NCBI GenBank assembly: GCA_965276675.1
Contig: OZ255624.1
Span: 2,362,943-2,426,942 of the forward strand
DNA: 64,000 bases
DNA from: Acidobacteriaceae bacterium
GTDB taxonomy: Bacteria > Acidobacteriota > Terriglobia > Terriglobales > Acidobacteriaceae
Direction of reading: 5' to 3'
In this document: positions 35,975 through 45,538 of the stretch, one piece after another
How the letters are laid out: each line of letters starts with the position of its first letter
Position numbering within the stretch: position 1 is the stretch's first letter
Made by a program: the position numbers and the translations under genes
Notes under the pieces: generated by a model
Seen by the model: only the letters and a program-made list of their open reading frames with translations
Database searches by the model: none
Told to the model about the DNA's origin: nothing

Positions 35975-38900
35975 GAGGCGCTCTGAGGTCGTTTGCCGTT
36001 GCCACTCCATTGCTTTTCGCCCTCGCCACTTATGCTCAGCAGGATACCGCCACGTTGACTGGAACCGTGACGGATACGTCAGGCGCATGCGTGCCGGGCG
36101 CGACGGTGGAGATCATTCGGCCAAGCACGGGAGCAGTGCGTTCCATCACCACGGGTGGCGCAGGCTCTTATTACGTCGGCAATCTTTCTATCGGCACCTA
36201 TCATGTCACAGTGTCTTCAGCACAGTTTCAAACAGCGCAGGTAGAAGATGTTCAGTTGACCGTCGACCAGACGCGTACTCTCAATGTGCAGCTGCATGTT
36301 GGCGCAACCTCGCAAGAGGTGAAGGTACAGGATACCGAGCCGGCACTCTCGCAGACTACTGCGGAGATCGGCGGAGTGATTCTGAACCGGCAGATCAAAG
36401 AGCTGCCATTGAATGGGAGAAATGTCGCCAGCCTGCTGGCACTGGTGCCCGGCGCGATCGACAGCGGCGGCGCGAACGTCAATAGCATCCGCTTTGCTGG
36501 CCGCGGAAACGATGACAGCAATTTCCGGCTGGATGGTGTCGATGCCACCGGGATCTCTCACCAAGGTACGAATAACAACCTGCGTCTGCAGGTCTCGACC
36601 GAATCGATTGCGGAGTTCAAAGTAGCGACGCTGTTGTACTCCGCAGATACAGGTGGATCACCGGGTGGCCAGATCGAGATGGTTTCGAAGTCGGGGACGA
36701 ACAGCTTCCATGGCGACGTCTTCGATTATCTGCGCAACGACTTTTTCGATTCCAAAGGTCCCTTCGACCAAAAGGTGCCAAACCTGCGTCTGAACGATTT
36801 CGGCGCGAGCCTCGGCGGACCTATAGTCAAGAACAGGACGTTCTTCTTCGGATCGTATGAAGGACTGCGCCAAAAGGTGGCACAAACCTTGATAGCAACT
36901 GTTCCATCTGATTCCTTTCGCTCGTCCGTTCTCACGACATCCCCGGCACTTGCACCGTTTATTGCGGCTTACCCGCACGGCAACGGACAGGTGCTCAGCG
37001 CCAACACCATTCAGTACATCTCTTCCACCGGAACACAGAACGTAGAAGACTCCTATCTCGTTCGGGTACAGCACCGCTTCAACGACACAAACAACGCCTT
37101 CTTCCGCTATAACATCGACCACGCGCAAATTACCTCTCCCAGCGGCCTGCTACGCGACCAAAGCATTGTTTCGCCAAGCCCAATGAACGCAGTAGTGCAA
37201 TATCAGCACATTTTCTCGCCGACGGTGTTGAATGAGGTGGCCATCGGCTTTAATCGCGCATGGGCGACAACTCAGACCAGCAGTTATCTAAGCAATACAC
37301 AACACATTAACTACACGCTCAGTGTCAGCGGGCTGAGCGGATTGGCCCGTGCCTCAACGTCAGAGCTAGCGCCCAGCACTTACTCGCTGATCGATAACCT
37401 CACTAAGTCGCTGGGACGTCACACCATCAAGGCCGGGGTGGAGTTTAGGGAAGTGCAGTATAACTACTCCCAAATGGGCGTACAGACCTTGCAATTCAAT
37501 AGCTTTAATAATTTTCAAAACAACAAGTTAGACAGTGTGAGCGTGGTAGCGGACGTACCCGTACATGGCCTTCACAAGCTGGAGGATTTCGGCTATGTCG
37601 AAGACCAATTCAAGATGCGGCCAAACCTGACCATGACGGGTGGTTTGCGTTATGAGTTCTATAACCGGCTTCATGAAGTTCAGGGCCGGAGCCGGGCATT
37701 CGATCCGGTCACGTGCGGTGGCGACTGCCCGCAGGGGGCGGAATTTACCTATCCTGTAACTACGGACTTTGAGCCCAGATATAGCGTTGCATGGGAGCCA
37801 TCGAGATTCGATGGTAACGTGGTTCTCCGCGGAGGAGCCGGCATTTACCACGGCGAAGGCCAGCTGGGCGATCTGAACGCACCCAGCGATAACTTCACCA
37901 CCTTGTTTGGTTTACTGCCTGCCAATTTTCCCGGTCTCTCCTGGCCCGTGGATAACTTCGTAGCGCAAGCTGCTCTTAGCCCGTCCGCAGTACAGCCTCG
38001 TGGCCTGAACCGCCGCCGTCTCGACCCCAGGGTCACGCAGTGGGGTCTGCAGGTGCAGGCGGCGCTGCCTGCTGGATTCGTCCTGGATACCGGCTATATC
38101 GGTAGCTACGGCGATCACATGTTTACACGCACGTACGTCAATAACTACTTCTACGGTACGCAGATCCGGCCTTACCCGGGATTCGGCCAGGTTGACTACA
38201 AGGATGCAATTAGCTCCACTAACTTTAACGGCTGGCAGACGTCACTGCAACGTCAGTTCCGCTCCGGCTGGGGCTTACAGTTCAATTATCTATGGTCACA
38301 CTCCCTCAACGATGGCGCGGTGGGCGGGGGCGAGGCGGACTACCCGAACAATGTCGCTTGCCTGGGTTGCGAATACGCCAGCAGCGATCAGGATGTCACG
38401 CATACCGTCTCGGCAGACACGATTTATAGCCTGCCCATTGGCCACGGGCAGCAATATCTCAATCACGGGTTCGCCAGCTTCTTGCTGGGTGGTCTCTCCG
38501 TGGATTCGATCGTGACTGCGCGTAGCGGTCTTCCGGTCAATGTTGTTCTCAGCCGTCCCGCATCCGCGATTCTGGATGGAAACAATACCGAGCACGATGC
38601 TGGGTCGCCAAATCTGCGTCCGAACCGCGTACCTGGTGTTAGTCTTACTCCGTCCGGCGGCAGAAAGGTTGAGCAATGGGTTAACCCAGCAGCCTTTGCC
38701 GTTCCGGCAAATGGAACCTGGGGGAATTCACCCAGAAACCTTCTTCGCGGACCGGGTCTGTGGCAGGTTGATCTGGGTACGGCAAAGAACTTTCCCATAG
38801 GGGAGCGCTTGTCCGTGGACTTCCGCGCGGAGATCTTCAACATCTTTAACCGCTCGCAGTATGGCAATCCCAGTGGCAACTTAACGGCCTGCTCCAGCAC

Positions 38901-39009
38901 TCCGAGTGCCTGCAGTTCGTTTGCAAACATAACCACGACAGTCAACTCCGGCGCGACCGGTGGAGGCACGCCGCGCAGAATGCAGTTCGCCCTGAGATTT
39001 AACTATTGA
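35971..39009 (+). CDS. TonB-dependent receptor-like outer-membrane protein with carboxypeptidase-regulatory-like N-domain
   Basis: The ATG overlaps the upstream stop (ATGA at 35971-35974). LTGTVTDTSGACVPGATVEI...GGAGSYYVGNLSIGTYHVTV, a plug region (ELPLNGRNVASLLALVPG), a long barrel and a C-terminal ...FALRFNY. Confidence 0.85.
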   Translation: MRGALRSFAVATPLLFALATYAQQDTATLTGTVTDTSGACVPGATVEIIRPSTGAVRSITTGGAGSYYVGNLSIGTYHVTVSSAQFQTAQVEDVQLTVDQTRTLNVQLHVGATSQEVKVQDTEPALSQTTAEIGGVILNRQIKELPLNGRNVASLLALVPGAIDSGGANVNSIRFAGRGNDDSNFRLDGVDATGISHQGTNNNLRLQVSTESIAEFKVATLLYSADTGGSPGGQIEMVSKSGTNSFHGDVFDYLRNDFFDSKGPFDQKVPNLRLNDFGASLGGPIVKNRTFFFGSYEGLRQKVAQTLIATVPSDSFRSSVLTTSPALAPFIAAYPHGNGQVLSANTIQYISSTGTQNVEDSYLVRVQHRFNDTNNAFFRYNIDHAQITSPSGLLRDQSIVSPSPMNAVVQYQHIFSPTVLNEVAIGFNRAWATTQTSSYLSNTQHINYTLSVSGLSGLARASTSELAPSTYSLIDNLTKSLGRHTIKAGVEFREVQYNYSQMGVQTLQFNSFNNFQNNKLDSVSVVADVPVHGLHKLEDFGYVEDQFKMRPNLTMTGGLRYEFYNRLHEVQGRSRAFDPVTCGGDCPQGAEFTYPVTTDFEPRYSVAWEPSRFDGNVVLRGGAGIYHGEGQLGDLNAPSDNFTTLFGLLPANFPGLSWPVDNFVAQAALSPSAVQPRGLNRRRLDPRVTQWGLQVQAALPAGFVLDTGYIGSYGDHMFTRTYVNNYFYGTQIRPYPGFGQVDYKDAISSTNFNGWQTSLQRQFRSGWGLQFNYLWSHSLNDGAVGGGEADYPNNVACLGCEYASSDQDVTHTVSADTIYSLPIGHGQQYLNHGFASFLLGGLSVDSIVTARSGLPVNVVLSRPASAILDGNNTEHDAGSPNLRPNRVPGVSLTPSGGRKVEQWVNPAAFAVPANGTWGNSPRNLLRGPGLWQVDLGTAKNFPIGERLSVDFRAEIFNIFNRSQYGNPSGNLTACSSTPSACSSFANITTTVNSGATGGGTPRRMQFALRFNY

Positions 39010-39070
39010 TCGGTGATTACTGACCGGCGCTCTCCCCCCCTAATTCGCACAGTATAAGGAAAGGCAATTT

Positions 39071-40084
39071 GTGAAAAAGACGCTCCCTATCTTCGCACTT
39101 ATTCTAGCTGGCTCCGCTCTGGCGCAAGCCGCGACCGCCTACAAAGTAGAAACACGCTATCGCATCCCAGGCAGTGATAGCTGGGATTACATCACGGTGG
39201 ATAGTGCCGCTCGTCGGTTGTATGTATCGCATAGCGTTCGCGTCAACGTATTGAATGCTGACACCGGGGCGGCTCTTGGAGTGATTGAAGACACACCCGG
39301 CGTGCACGGGATCGCCATAGCTGCCGAGCAGAAGCACGGTTTTACCAGCAACGGCAAGGAAGACAAGGTATCGATGTTCGACACCGGCAATATGTCACTG
39401 ATCAAAAAGATCGATGTCGGCAAAGGCCCGGATGGCATCTACTTTGATCCGGCGTCGCAACGTGTCTTCACAAACAACCACGGGGCACACACGATCTCGG
39501 CGATCGACGCGACCAGCGGCGAGGTTGTCGGCACGGTCAACGTTGAAGGAGACGGCGAAGGCGTTGGCACCGGAAAAGATGGCATGATCTATGTTGCCCT
39601 GGAAGACAAAAACGAGATTGTGGTCTTCGATCCGAAGACGCTCGAGATCAAACGGCACATGCCGCTCGACGGAGTTACAGCGCCCACAGGTTTGGCCATC
39701 GATAAGAAATACAACCGCCTCTTTGTGGGTGGCCACAATAAGACGATGGTGGTGATGGACGCCACAAGCGGCAAGAAGATCGCCAGCTTTCCAACCGGCT
39801 CGGGTACAGACGCCGCGGGATTCGATGACCAGGGACGGAATATCTTCATCTCCAATGGCGAAGGTAATCTGACCGTGATTCATCAGAAGTCTGCGGATGA
39901 ATACACACCCGAAGCCTCAGTTCCCACGCAGCAGAGCGCGAAGACAATGGCTTTCGATACTAAGACCAAGAAGGTCTTTCTGCCAGCCGCTACCGTCGTC
40001 ATCACGCCTGCGGCTGATCCGTCGCAGAAACCCAAACGCGCCGTGACCGATGGCACCTTTGCAGTTCTTGTAGTCGGGAAATAA
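39071..40084 (+). CDS. YVTN-family beta-propeller repeat protein (YncE-like)
   Basis: GTG start after AAGGAAAGG, followed by a signal peptide. Repeated blades are visible: RLYVSHSVRVNVLNADTG, GIYFDPASQRVFTNNHGAHTISAIDATSGEVVGTV, MIYVALEDKNEIVVFDPKT, RLFVGGHNKTMVVMDATSGK. Confidence 0.75.
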   Translation: MKKTLPIFALILAGSALAQAATAYKVETRYRIPGSDSWDYITVDSAARRLYVSHSVRVNVLNADTGAALGVIEDTPGVHGIAIAAEQKHGFTSNGKEDKVSMFDTGNMSLIKKIDVGKGPDGIYFDPASQRVFTNNHGAHTISAIDATSGEVVGTVNVEGDGEGVGTGKDGMIYVALEDKNEIVVFDPKTLEIKRHMPLDGVTAPTGLAIDKKYNRLFVGGHNKTMVVMDATSGKKIASFPTGSGTDAAGFDDQGRNIFISNGEGNLTVIHQKSADEYTPEASVPTQQSAKTMAFDTKTKKVFLPAATVVITPAADPSQKPKRAVTDGTFAVLVVGK

Positions 40085-40096
40085 CAGCAGTCCACG

Positions 40097-41311
40097 ATGG
40101 TAACGTTGCTTCGCACATTGTGGTCTGAGCCACGCCGGTCTCCGCTTCGACACTGGATCTTTCTGGTCCACGAGTGGGCCGGCGTCGGCGTTGGTCTCTA
40201 TTTCGCAATGATGGGCCTCACGGGCAGCATCTCCGTATTCCTTCCGGAGCTGCAGAACTCTCTTGTCGCCCCGACCCGGACTTATGCCGGCAACACGCCA
40301 CGCATAGCATTGCAATCGCTTCAGTTTCGCATCGAGCAGAGCTTGCCTTCCTTACGGCTCCAGGCAGTCAATCTCGGTCTGGCGGCAGGACAGCCGGATC
40401 TCTTCCAGGAAGTTGCGAGCGACGGTACAGTCCGCGAGATCGTTATAGATCAGTACGACGGACATATTCTCGCCAATCGCAGGAAGGGAGCGACATTTTA
40501 CGAATGGGCGCGCGATCTGCACGCTAATCTTCTAAGCGGCCGCATCGGAAGAACCGTCAACGGCTTCGGCGGAATCCTCTTGCTGCTCACAGGCCTTAGC
40601 GGGTTGGTGATCTGGTGGCCGGGACGGCGTCACATAACCAGGAAGGCATTCCGAATCTCAGCACAGAAGGGTTGGCGCCGGCTGTCCTTTGATCTTCATC
40701 AACTCACCGGCGTTCTCGTCGTTATTCCCTTGTGTGTTCTCGCGATGACGGGCATCTACCTGGCCTTTCCTCAATTTATCGATCATGCTGTTACGGCCGT
40801 ACTTGGTCCCAAGACAAGGCAGCTTCATGTAATTAGAGGTCAAAATAAATCCGTTAACTCCATCACCGAGTATGCCAACCTGGACATAGTCCTTCTCGCC
40901 GCAAAGCATCAACTTCCCGGGGCAACAACAACGCGCATACTGGCTCCCTCCAAGCGGAACGACTGCTTTATCGTTCGCATGCGATTGCCAGGAGACTGGC
41001 GCACCGAAGGAGAAAACCTCGTGCTGCTTGACGCCCACTCCGCTGACATTCGGGGAGTGCAGTTAGGGCGCGAGCTTGCCCCTGCTTCTCGCCTGGTGGC
41101 GGGGATGGCGTCCATACATTACGGGCAATTTGGTGGAACCGGAACCCGTTTTTTCACCGCGATAATCGGTCTCGCCTGCCCTTTGCTGTATGCCACTGGT
41201 GTGGTGATCTGGTGGAGGCGAGTCTTTCGCCAGCGTCTCAGCGGATCATCTCCCAAAGTGCGAGCCGGATCCGTTCATAGTGTCGATCTTTACGCGAATG
41301 AAACACGCTAA
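40097..41311 (+). CDS. PepSY-associated TM-helix protein (PiuB/FoxB-like)
   Basis: RHWIFLVHEWAGVGVGLYFAMMGLTGS, ARDLHANLLSG, SFDLHQLTGVLV and SIHYGQFGG give four TM-proximal His contexts typical of the PepSY_TM family. Confidence 0.8.
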   Translation: MVTLLRTLWSEPRRSPLRHWIFLVHEWAGVGVGLYFAMMGLTGSISVFLPELQNSLVAPTRTYAGNTPRIALQSLQFRIEQSLPSLRLQAVNLGLAAGQPDLFQEVASDGTVREIVIDQYDGHILANRRKGATFYEWARDLHANLLSGRIGRTVNGFGGILLLLTGLSGLVIWWPGRRHITRKAFRISAQKGWRRLSFDLHQLTGVLVVIPLCVLAMTGIYLAFPQFIDHAVTAVLGPKTRQLHVIRGQNKSVNSITEYANLDIVLLAAKHQLPGATTTRILAPSKRNDCFIVRMRLPGDWRTEGENLVLLDAHSADIRGVQLGRELAPASRLVAGMASIHYGQFGGTGTRFFTAIIGLACPLLYATGVVIWWRRVFRQRLSGSSPKVRAGSVHSVDLYANETR

Positions 41312-41339
41312 CGGTATTTCTTTTGCATAGGAGATCAGC

Positions 41340-42035
41340 GTGCAAGCGGTAGCTTATCCCCGCTCTCGAGTGTTGGTGATAGAAGATGAGCGCAGCATGG
41401 CTGAGCTCCTTCGCAGAGGGCTGGAAGATCAACACTACTCGGTTACTGTCGCCTACACCGGGATAGAAGGGCTGGAGTTAGCCGGCAAGGGAAGTTTCGC
41501 GGCAATTATCCTTGACGTGATTCTGCCGGCTCTGGATGGGTATTCCGTTGCGAACCGGTTGAGATCCCACGGCAATCAAACCCCGATCATCATGCTCACC
41601 GCAAAGGATGCGCTGGATGACGTCATCTGCGGCCTGGATGCCGGGGCGGAAGATTACCTCACAAAACCATTCTCCTTTCTGGAGCTTCTGGCCAGACTCC
41701 GGGCCCTGGTAAGGAGGGGCGCAAAGCCGCTCCCATCCACCTTGCAGGTCTCAGATCTCACCTTGGACACACGCCTGTGCGAGGTATCACGCGCAGGTGT
41801 TGTCGCGTCGCTCACCAGAACAGAGTACCTGCTCCTTGAAGTCCTGATGCAAAACATGGGACACGTGGTACTACGTCCGGAGATCATCAGAACTGTCTGG
41901 GGCTCCATTGATGCAATCGAGCAAAGTAGCCTAGACGTCTATGTCAAAGCTCTGCGTTCGAAGATCGATTCCGAACCATCGAAGAAGCTGATCTACACCG
42001 TTCGCGGCTTCGGTTACAAGGTGATGGAAAGATAA
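41340..42035 (+). CDS. OmpR-family response regulator (CusR/CopR-like)
   Basis: Receiver domain (VLVIEDERSMAELL...IILDVILPALDG...MLTAKD...GAEDYLTKPFSFLELLARLRALVRR) and winged helix (LTRTEYLLLEVLM...IYTVRGFGYKV). GTG start after AGGAGA. Confidence 0.9.
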   Translation: MQAVAYPRSRVLVIEDERSMAELLRRGLEDQHYSVTVAYTGIEGLELAGKGSFAAIILDVILPALDGYSVANRLRSHGNQTPIIMLTAKDALDDVICGLDAGAEDYLTKPFSFLELLARLRALVRRGAKPLPSTLQVSDLTLDTRLCEVSRAGVVASLTRTEYLLLEVLMQNMGHVVLRPEIIRTVWGSIDAIEQSSLDVYVKALRSKIDSEPSKKLIYTVRGFGYKVMER

Positions 42036-42036
42036 G

Positions 42037-43470
42037 ATGAGCATGAAGCTGTCCGTGCGAGGAAGTCTCACGATCTGGTTCTGCTTGGTCTTTTTCTGTG
42101 GCGTTCTTCTGCTGGGTGCGAGCGCATATATCGGTCTACGGTCGACCATCATTCAAGTCGTTGATCAAGATTTAAGTGCTCGAATGGACGGAGTAGACAA
42201 CTTCCTGAGCGAGCACGTCACCCGGTTCCCGCCTTCCAGAGTGCAGCAGGAGCTCTCGATCCATGTCGCTCTTAAACCGTTGTTCTTGAGTATTCATGCT
42301 CCGGGGGGAGAGTTGCTGTACTGTGGCTTGGCCGTGAAAGCACTCTGCGCCGCAACCGGAGGGAGCATCGCGCATCCCTTCACCACCACCGGGGATTTGC
42401 GCGTCTTATCCGCGGTTCGCATCGTCAAGGGAGCGTCGTATCGCATCAGCGTCGCGAGCGACCTCAGCTTCCAATCCGCGCTACTCCGCCGTTTCTCTTT
42501 ACTGCTGGTCGTTATCGCGCCCATGGCGCTTGCGTCCGCAACTTTGGGAGGGTATTGGCTGAGCGGCCGCGCGCTGGCGCCGGTCAGAGAGATCATCGAA
42601 GCAGTCCACTCCATCGGCGAACAGAGTCTCAGTAGGCGGCTGCAGGTGCCGGCAACCGGCGATGAGATACAAGTATTGTCAGAGACGTTGAACGGCATGC
42701 TGGGCCGCGTCGAGAGCGCCTTTCGTCAGGTTACTGAGCTAACGGCAAATGCCTCCCATGAGCTGCGCACTCCGGTCGCGATTATTCGCACTTCGGCGGA
42801 GATTGCTCTTCTGAATGCTCGTCCAACCGTGGAGTCCCACCGGCAAGCGCTGTTGCAGATCTGCGCGGAAGCCGAAAAGAATACTCGCCTGCTGGATAGC
42901 ATGTTGATGCTGGCCCGCACGGACTCCGGAGCGCAGGCGCTGCATTTCGCTGGCGTCTCTCTCCAGAGAAGCGTCAAACAGGCGGTCGATGCCTGTCGGC
43001 ACTTGGCAGAGGCTAAGGAGATCGCTCTCATCTGCGAAGAGAAGGCCGCGGAGTTGCACCTTTGGGCCGACCCCACACACCTCAACCGGCTCTGGCTCCT
43101 GCTTCTGGATAACGCGATCAAGTACACACCGGCTGGCGGGCAGGTCACCGTTACCGTACTGTGTAGCTCCGGCTCAGCGCCAGTCTGCGAGATCGCAGAC
43201 AGTGGGATCGGCATCTCGTCAGGCGATCTTCCGAACGTCTTTGAGCGATTTTTCCGCGCTGAGAACGCCAGGCTGGTCGCCGATGCAGGTTCGGGTCTTG
43301 GCTTAGCAATCGCTCGCTGGATCGCCGACGTACATCGTGCGCAGATTCACGTGGAAAGCACCCTCGGAGCAGGTTCCACCTTTCGCGTGACCTTTCAGGC
43401 GGATGTGCAGCTTCCGGCTGACAGCAGGGGGAATGAGATCGCGAAGTTGCTTGCAACAGAGCCGCTTTAG
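42037..43470 (+). CDS. sensor histidine kinase (heavy-metal sensor CusS-like architecture)
   Basis: Two TM segments flank a periplasmic loop, followed by HAMP (GDEIQVLSETLNGMLGRVE), the H-box ANASHELRTPVAII, and HATPase N/G boxes (LLLDNAIKYTP, DSGIGIS, GSGLGLAIARWI). The gap to the regulator gene is 1 nt. Confidence 0.9.
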   Translation: MSMKLSVRGSLTIWFCLVFFCGVLLLGASAYIGLRSTIIQVVDQDLSARMDGVDNFLSEHVTRFPPSRVQQELSIHVALKPLFLSIHAPGGELLYCGLAVKALCAATGGSIAHPFTTTGDLRVLSAVRIVKGASYRISVASDLSFQSALLRRFSLLLVVIAPMALASATLGGYWLSGRALAPVREIIEAVHSIGEQSLSRRLQVPATGDEIQVLSETLNGMLGRVESAFRQVTELTANASHELRTPVAIIRTSAEIALLNARPTVESHRQALLQICAEAEKNTRLLDSMLMLARTDSGAQALHFAGVSLQRSVKQAVDACRHLAEAKEIALICEEKAAELHLWADPTHLNRLWLLLLDNAIKYTPAGGQVTVTVLCSSGSAPVCEIADSGIGISSGDLPNVFERFFRAENARLVADAGSGLGLAIARWIADVHRAQIHVESTLGAGSTFRVTFQADVQLPADSRGNEIAKLLATEPL

Positions 43471-43619
43471 CTGTCTCGCATTGGCGTCCATGGACGATCA
43501 TGGCTCCTGCAGCATGCTTTCAGGTTTCGATCCTACACGGGGTGGCAATTGGGTTGCTGCATACAGCCCTCACGCAAATTGCCGGTGCTCTTGAGCTCGG
43601 AGGAGTTGGGAAAGTTCGG

Positions 43620-45104
43620 TCACTGGTTGCCTTGTGAAGCATGAGCTGCGCCTTGCAAGGCTCCACGTCGCCCGGGTGCCTCTACGAGTGCTGCCTGGAA
43701 CTCTTTGAGCGCGAGAGCGGATTGCTTTTGCTGCAGAAGCAAGTCTCCGAGTTGCTCGCGGGCGGGCAGGATAGGTCCCGGTGTCACCGGCAGCTTTTCG
43801 ATTGCATCTTCCCGGTCGGCTGCGGCTCGCAGAAAGGCTAAGGCCTCGCTTTGATCGCCGTTTGCCTGTGCTGACCATGCCATGACCTCGCTCGCGAGCA
43901 CTCCCGTCTGAGTTGACCAATAGCCGTCACCAGAAGTGCGAAGCTGTGCTTCGATATGCCTAAGCTGATCCGCCTGGACGCGCGCCTCGCTCGCGTGCCC
44001 AGTGCGCGCGAGTGCCAAACCCTTTGACCATACGGCAAGAGCGACGACTGATGGTGGCGCTCCTGATGAGGGCGCAATGTTCGCGGCGTCGGCCCATCTG
44101 GCCCGCTCGACCGCGTTCCGGATGGGAATGGCGGTTGCCGCATAGGCTATTCCGAAGTTGCTCATATCCAGCCCCGCCATGGCCGTCATCTCACGATTGA
44201 TCTGGATGGCATCCTCTTCGCGTCCGGTCTGCAGATAGGCATAGACCAGATAGTCCATCGCGTGAAGCTCTTGCATGGTATCGCCATGCTGATGTGCGGC
44301 TTTTCTTGAGGCTAGATTGGATTGGATGGAGTCATTCCATAGTCCGAGCCTGGTAAAGATGTGCGATGGCATGTGTAGCGCGTGAGGCGCCGAAGGAGCG
44401 ATTTGGGCATAGGCTCTGGCGGCAGGGAGACCTCGTTGCGCAAGTTCCTGACTGTCGCAGGCATGAATGAGATAGTGGGCGATTCCCGGGTGGTTCGGGT
44501 GGTCGCGATAGAGCGGCTCCAGGACACCAATTGCCTGCTTTTGCTTCACGTGTGTCTTGTCGACCGGGGACGCATTTGAAAGAAGCGAGACCGCATAGAA
44601 CACCTGCGATTCCACATCCTTCGTGTTCTGTTGTGCGACTTCCGCCATCCCCTGTTCATAAGCCAAAGTACGCTGACTGAGCTTTAGACCAGGAGAGTCC
44701 TGAAACAGCAAACCCAATGCATGGATGAACTGCCGTTCACGGTCGGAACCGGCGCCGAGGCGCGTCGCTTCCAGCATCTCTCTCTGTCCTAGCGGAAACG
44801 TTTCAGGCGGTAGAGACGGCGACCATACTTGATGAAAATAGGTCATTGCGACTCCCCAATGCGCCATTCCACATTGCGGATCTTTTTTGGCTACCACTTG
44901 AAAAGCTTCTTCCGCAGACGCATAGGCGAAGGAATGCAGCAAAGCCACGGCACGGTTGAACTGTTCCTGCACCGCAGGTGCGCAGGAGATCGGAAATGAC
45001 ACTTTTCCGAGTTGTTCAGGGATGCCGTGGTCGTGTACTTCCTGAGCGGACGACAAAGAAGCAACGAACACAAAAACGAACAAGATTGGCCAAAGATAGA
45101 ACAT
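43620..45104 (-). CDS. exported helical-repeat (TPR-like) protein of unknown function
   Basis: Signal peptide (MFYLWPILFVFVFVASLSSAQE). The rest is all-alpha repeat-like sequence (CGMAHWGVAMTYFHQVW..., AHYLIHACD..., HALHMPSHIFTRLGLW). GGGAGAGG lies 4 nt upstream of the ATG. Confidence 0.55.
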   Translation of the reverse strand: MFYLWPILFVFVFVASLSSAQEVHDHGIPEQLGKVSFPISCAPAVQEQFNRAVALLHSFAYASAEEAFQVVAKKDPQCGMAHWGVAMTYFHQVWSPSLPPETFPLGQREMLEATRLGAGSDRERQFIHALGLLFQDSPGLKLSQRTLAYEQGMAEVAQQNTKDVESQVFYAVSLLSNASPVDKTHVKQKQAIGVLEPLYRDHPNHPGIAHYLIHACDSQELAQRGLPAARAYAQIAPSAPHALHMPSHIFTRLGLWNDSIQSNLASRKAAHQHGDTMQELHAMDYLVYAYLQTGREEDAIQINREMTAMAGLDMSNFGIAYAATAIPIRNAVERARWADAANIAPSSGAPPSVVALAVWSKGLALARTGHASEARVQADQLRHIEAQLRTSGDGYWSTQTGVLASEVMAWSAQANGDQSEALAFLRAAADREDAIEKLPVTPGPILPAREQLGDLLLQQKQSALALKEFQAALVEAPGRRGALQGAAHASQGNQ

Positions 45105-45125
45105 CCTACCTCTCCCAGATGACTT

Positions 45126-45151
45126 GTCTATTGTGCCAGTCTATTGTGCCA
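45126..45151. repeat. perfect tandem duplication 2 x 13 bp (GTCTATTGTGCCA)
   Basis: Read directly: 45126-45138 equals 45139-45151. It lies 22 nt upstream of the start codon of the minus-strand gene 43620..45104. Confidence 0.95.
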
Positions 45152-45538
45152 GAAAGCTTCGCGATCAGTAACCCTGATCTTAGGATTAGGTGAGAGCCAC
45201 CTGATGGTACCGAACCTCAGCTTCCGAATAGTTGACCAGTTCTGGTGGATACCGACAAACGCCTTGTGGTGACTGCATTGAGCGTCAGTTTCCGATTGTC
45301 GGCAAACAGGAAGTAATGAAACAGCCACGCGAAGAATAGCTTCTTGGATTCATAATCCAACGGCCGTTGATCCGAACTATGGATTCAAACTGACCCACTA
45401 CCAAATTGCCGGAGGTGTAGCCAAGCGTGCCGCCGTGTGCTAAATTGTTACTTTGCGTTCGATCTCATTAGGCCCATAAGCTATTGTACTGAAATGACTT
45501 AGCTTACCGTGGGTCGCGGAACGAGCAACAGGCACGGC

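Noticed and set aside
45126-45151. Sigma-54 promoter suggested by TGGCAC on the coding strand of the tandem repeat
   Set aside because: No TTGC element sits at the required spacing (TGGCAC-N5-TTGC). The sequence after TGGCAC is AATAGACTGG.
45411-45480. tRNA-like 5' fragment (GGAGGTGTAGCCAAGCG...) with a GTTCGATC T-loop-like string downstream
   Set aside because: I could not fold a cloverleaf. The D-stem and T-stem partners are absent (TTGCG/TCATT do not pair) and there is no acceptor complement. At best it is a decayed tRNA remnant.
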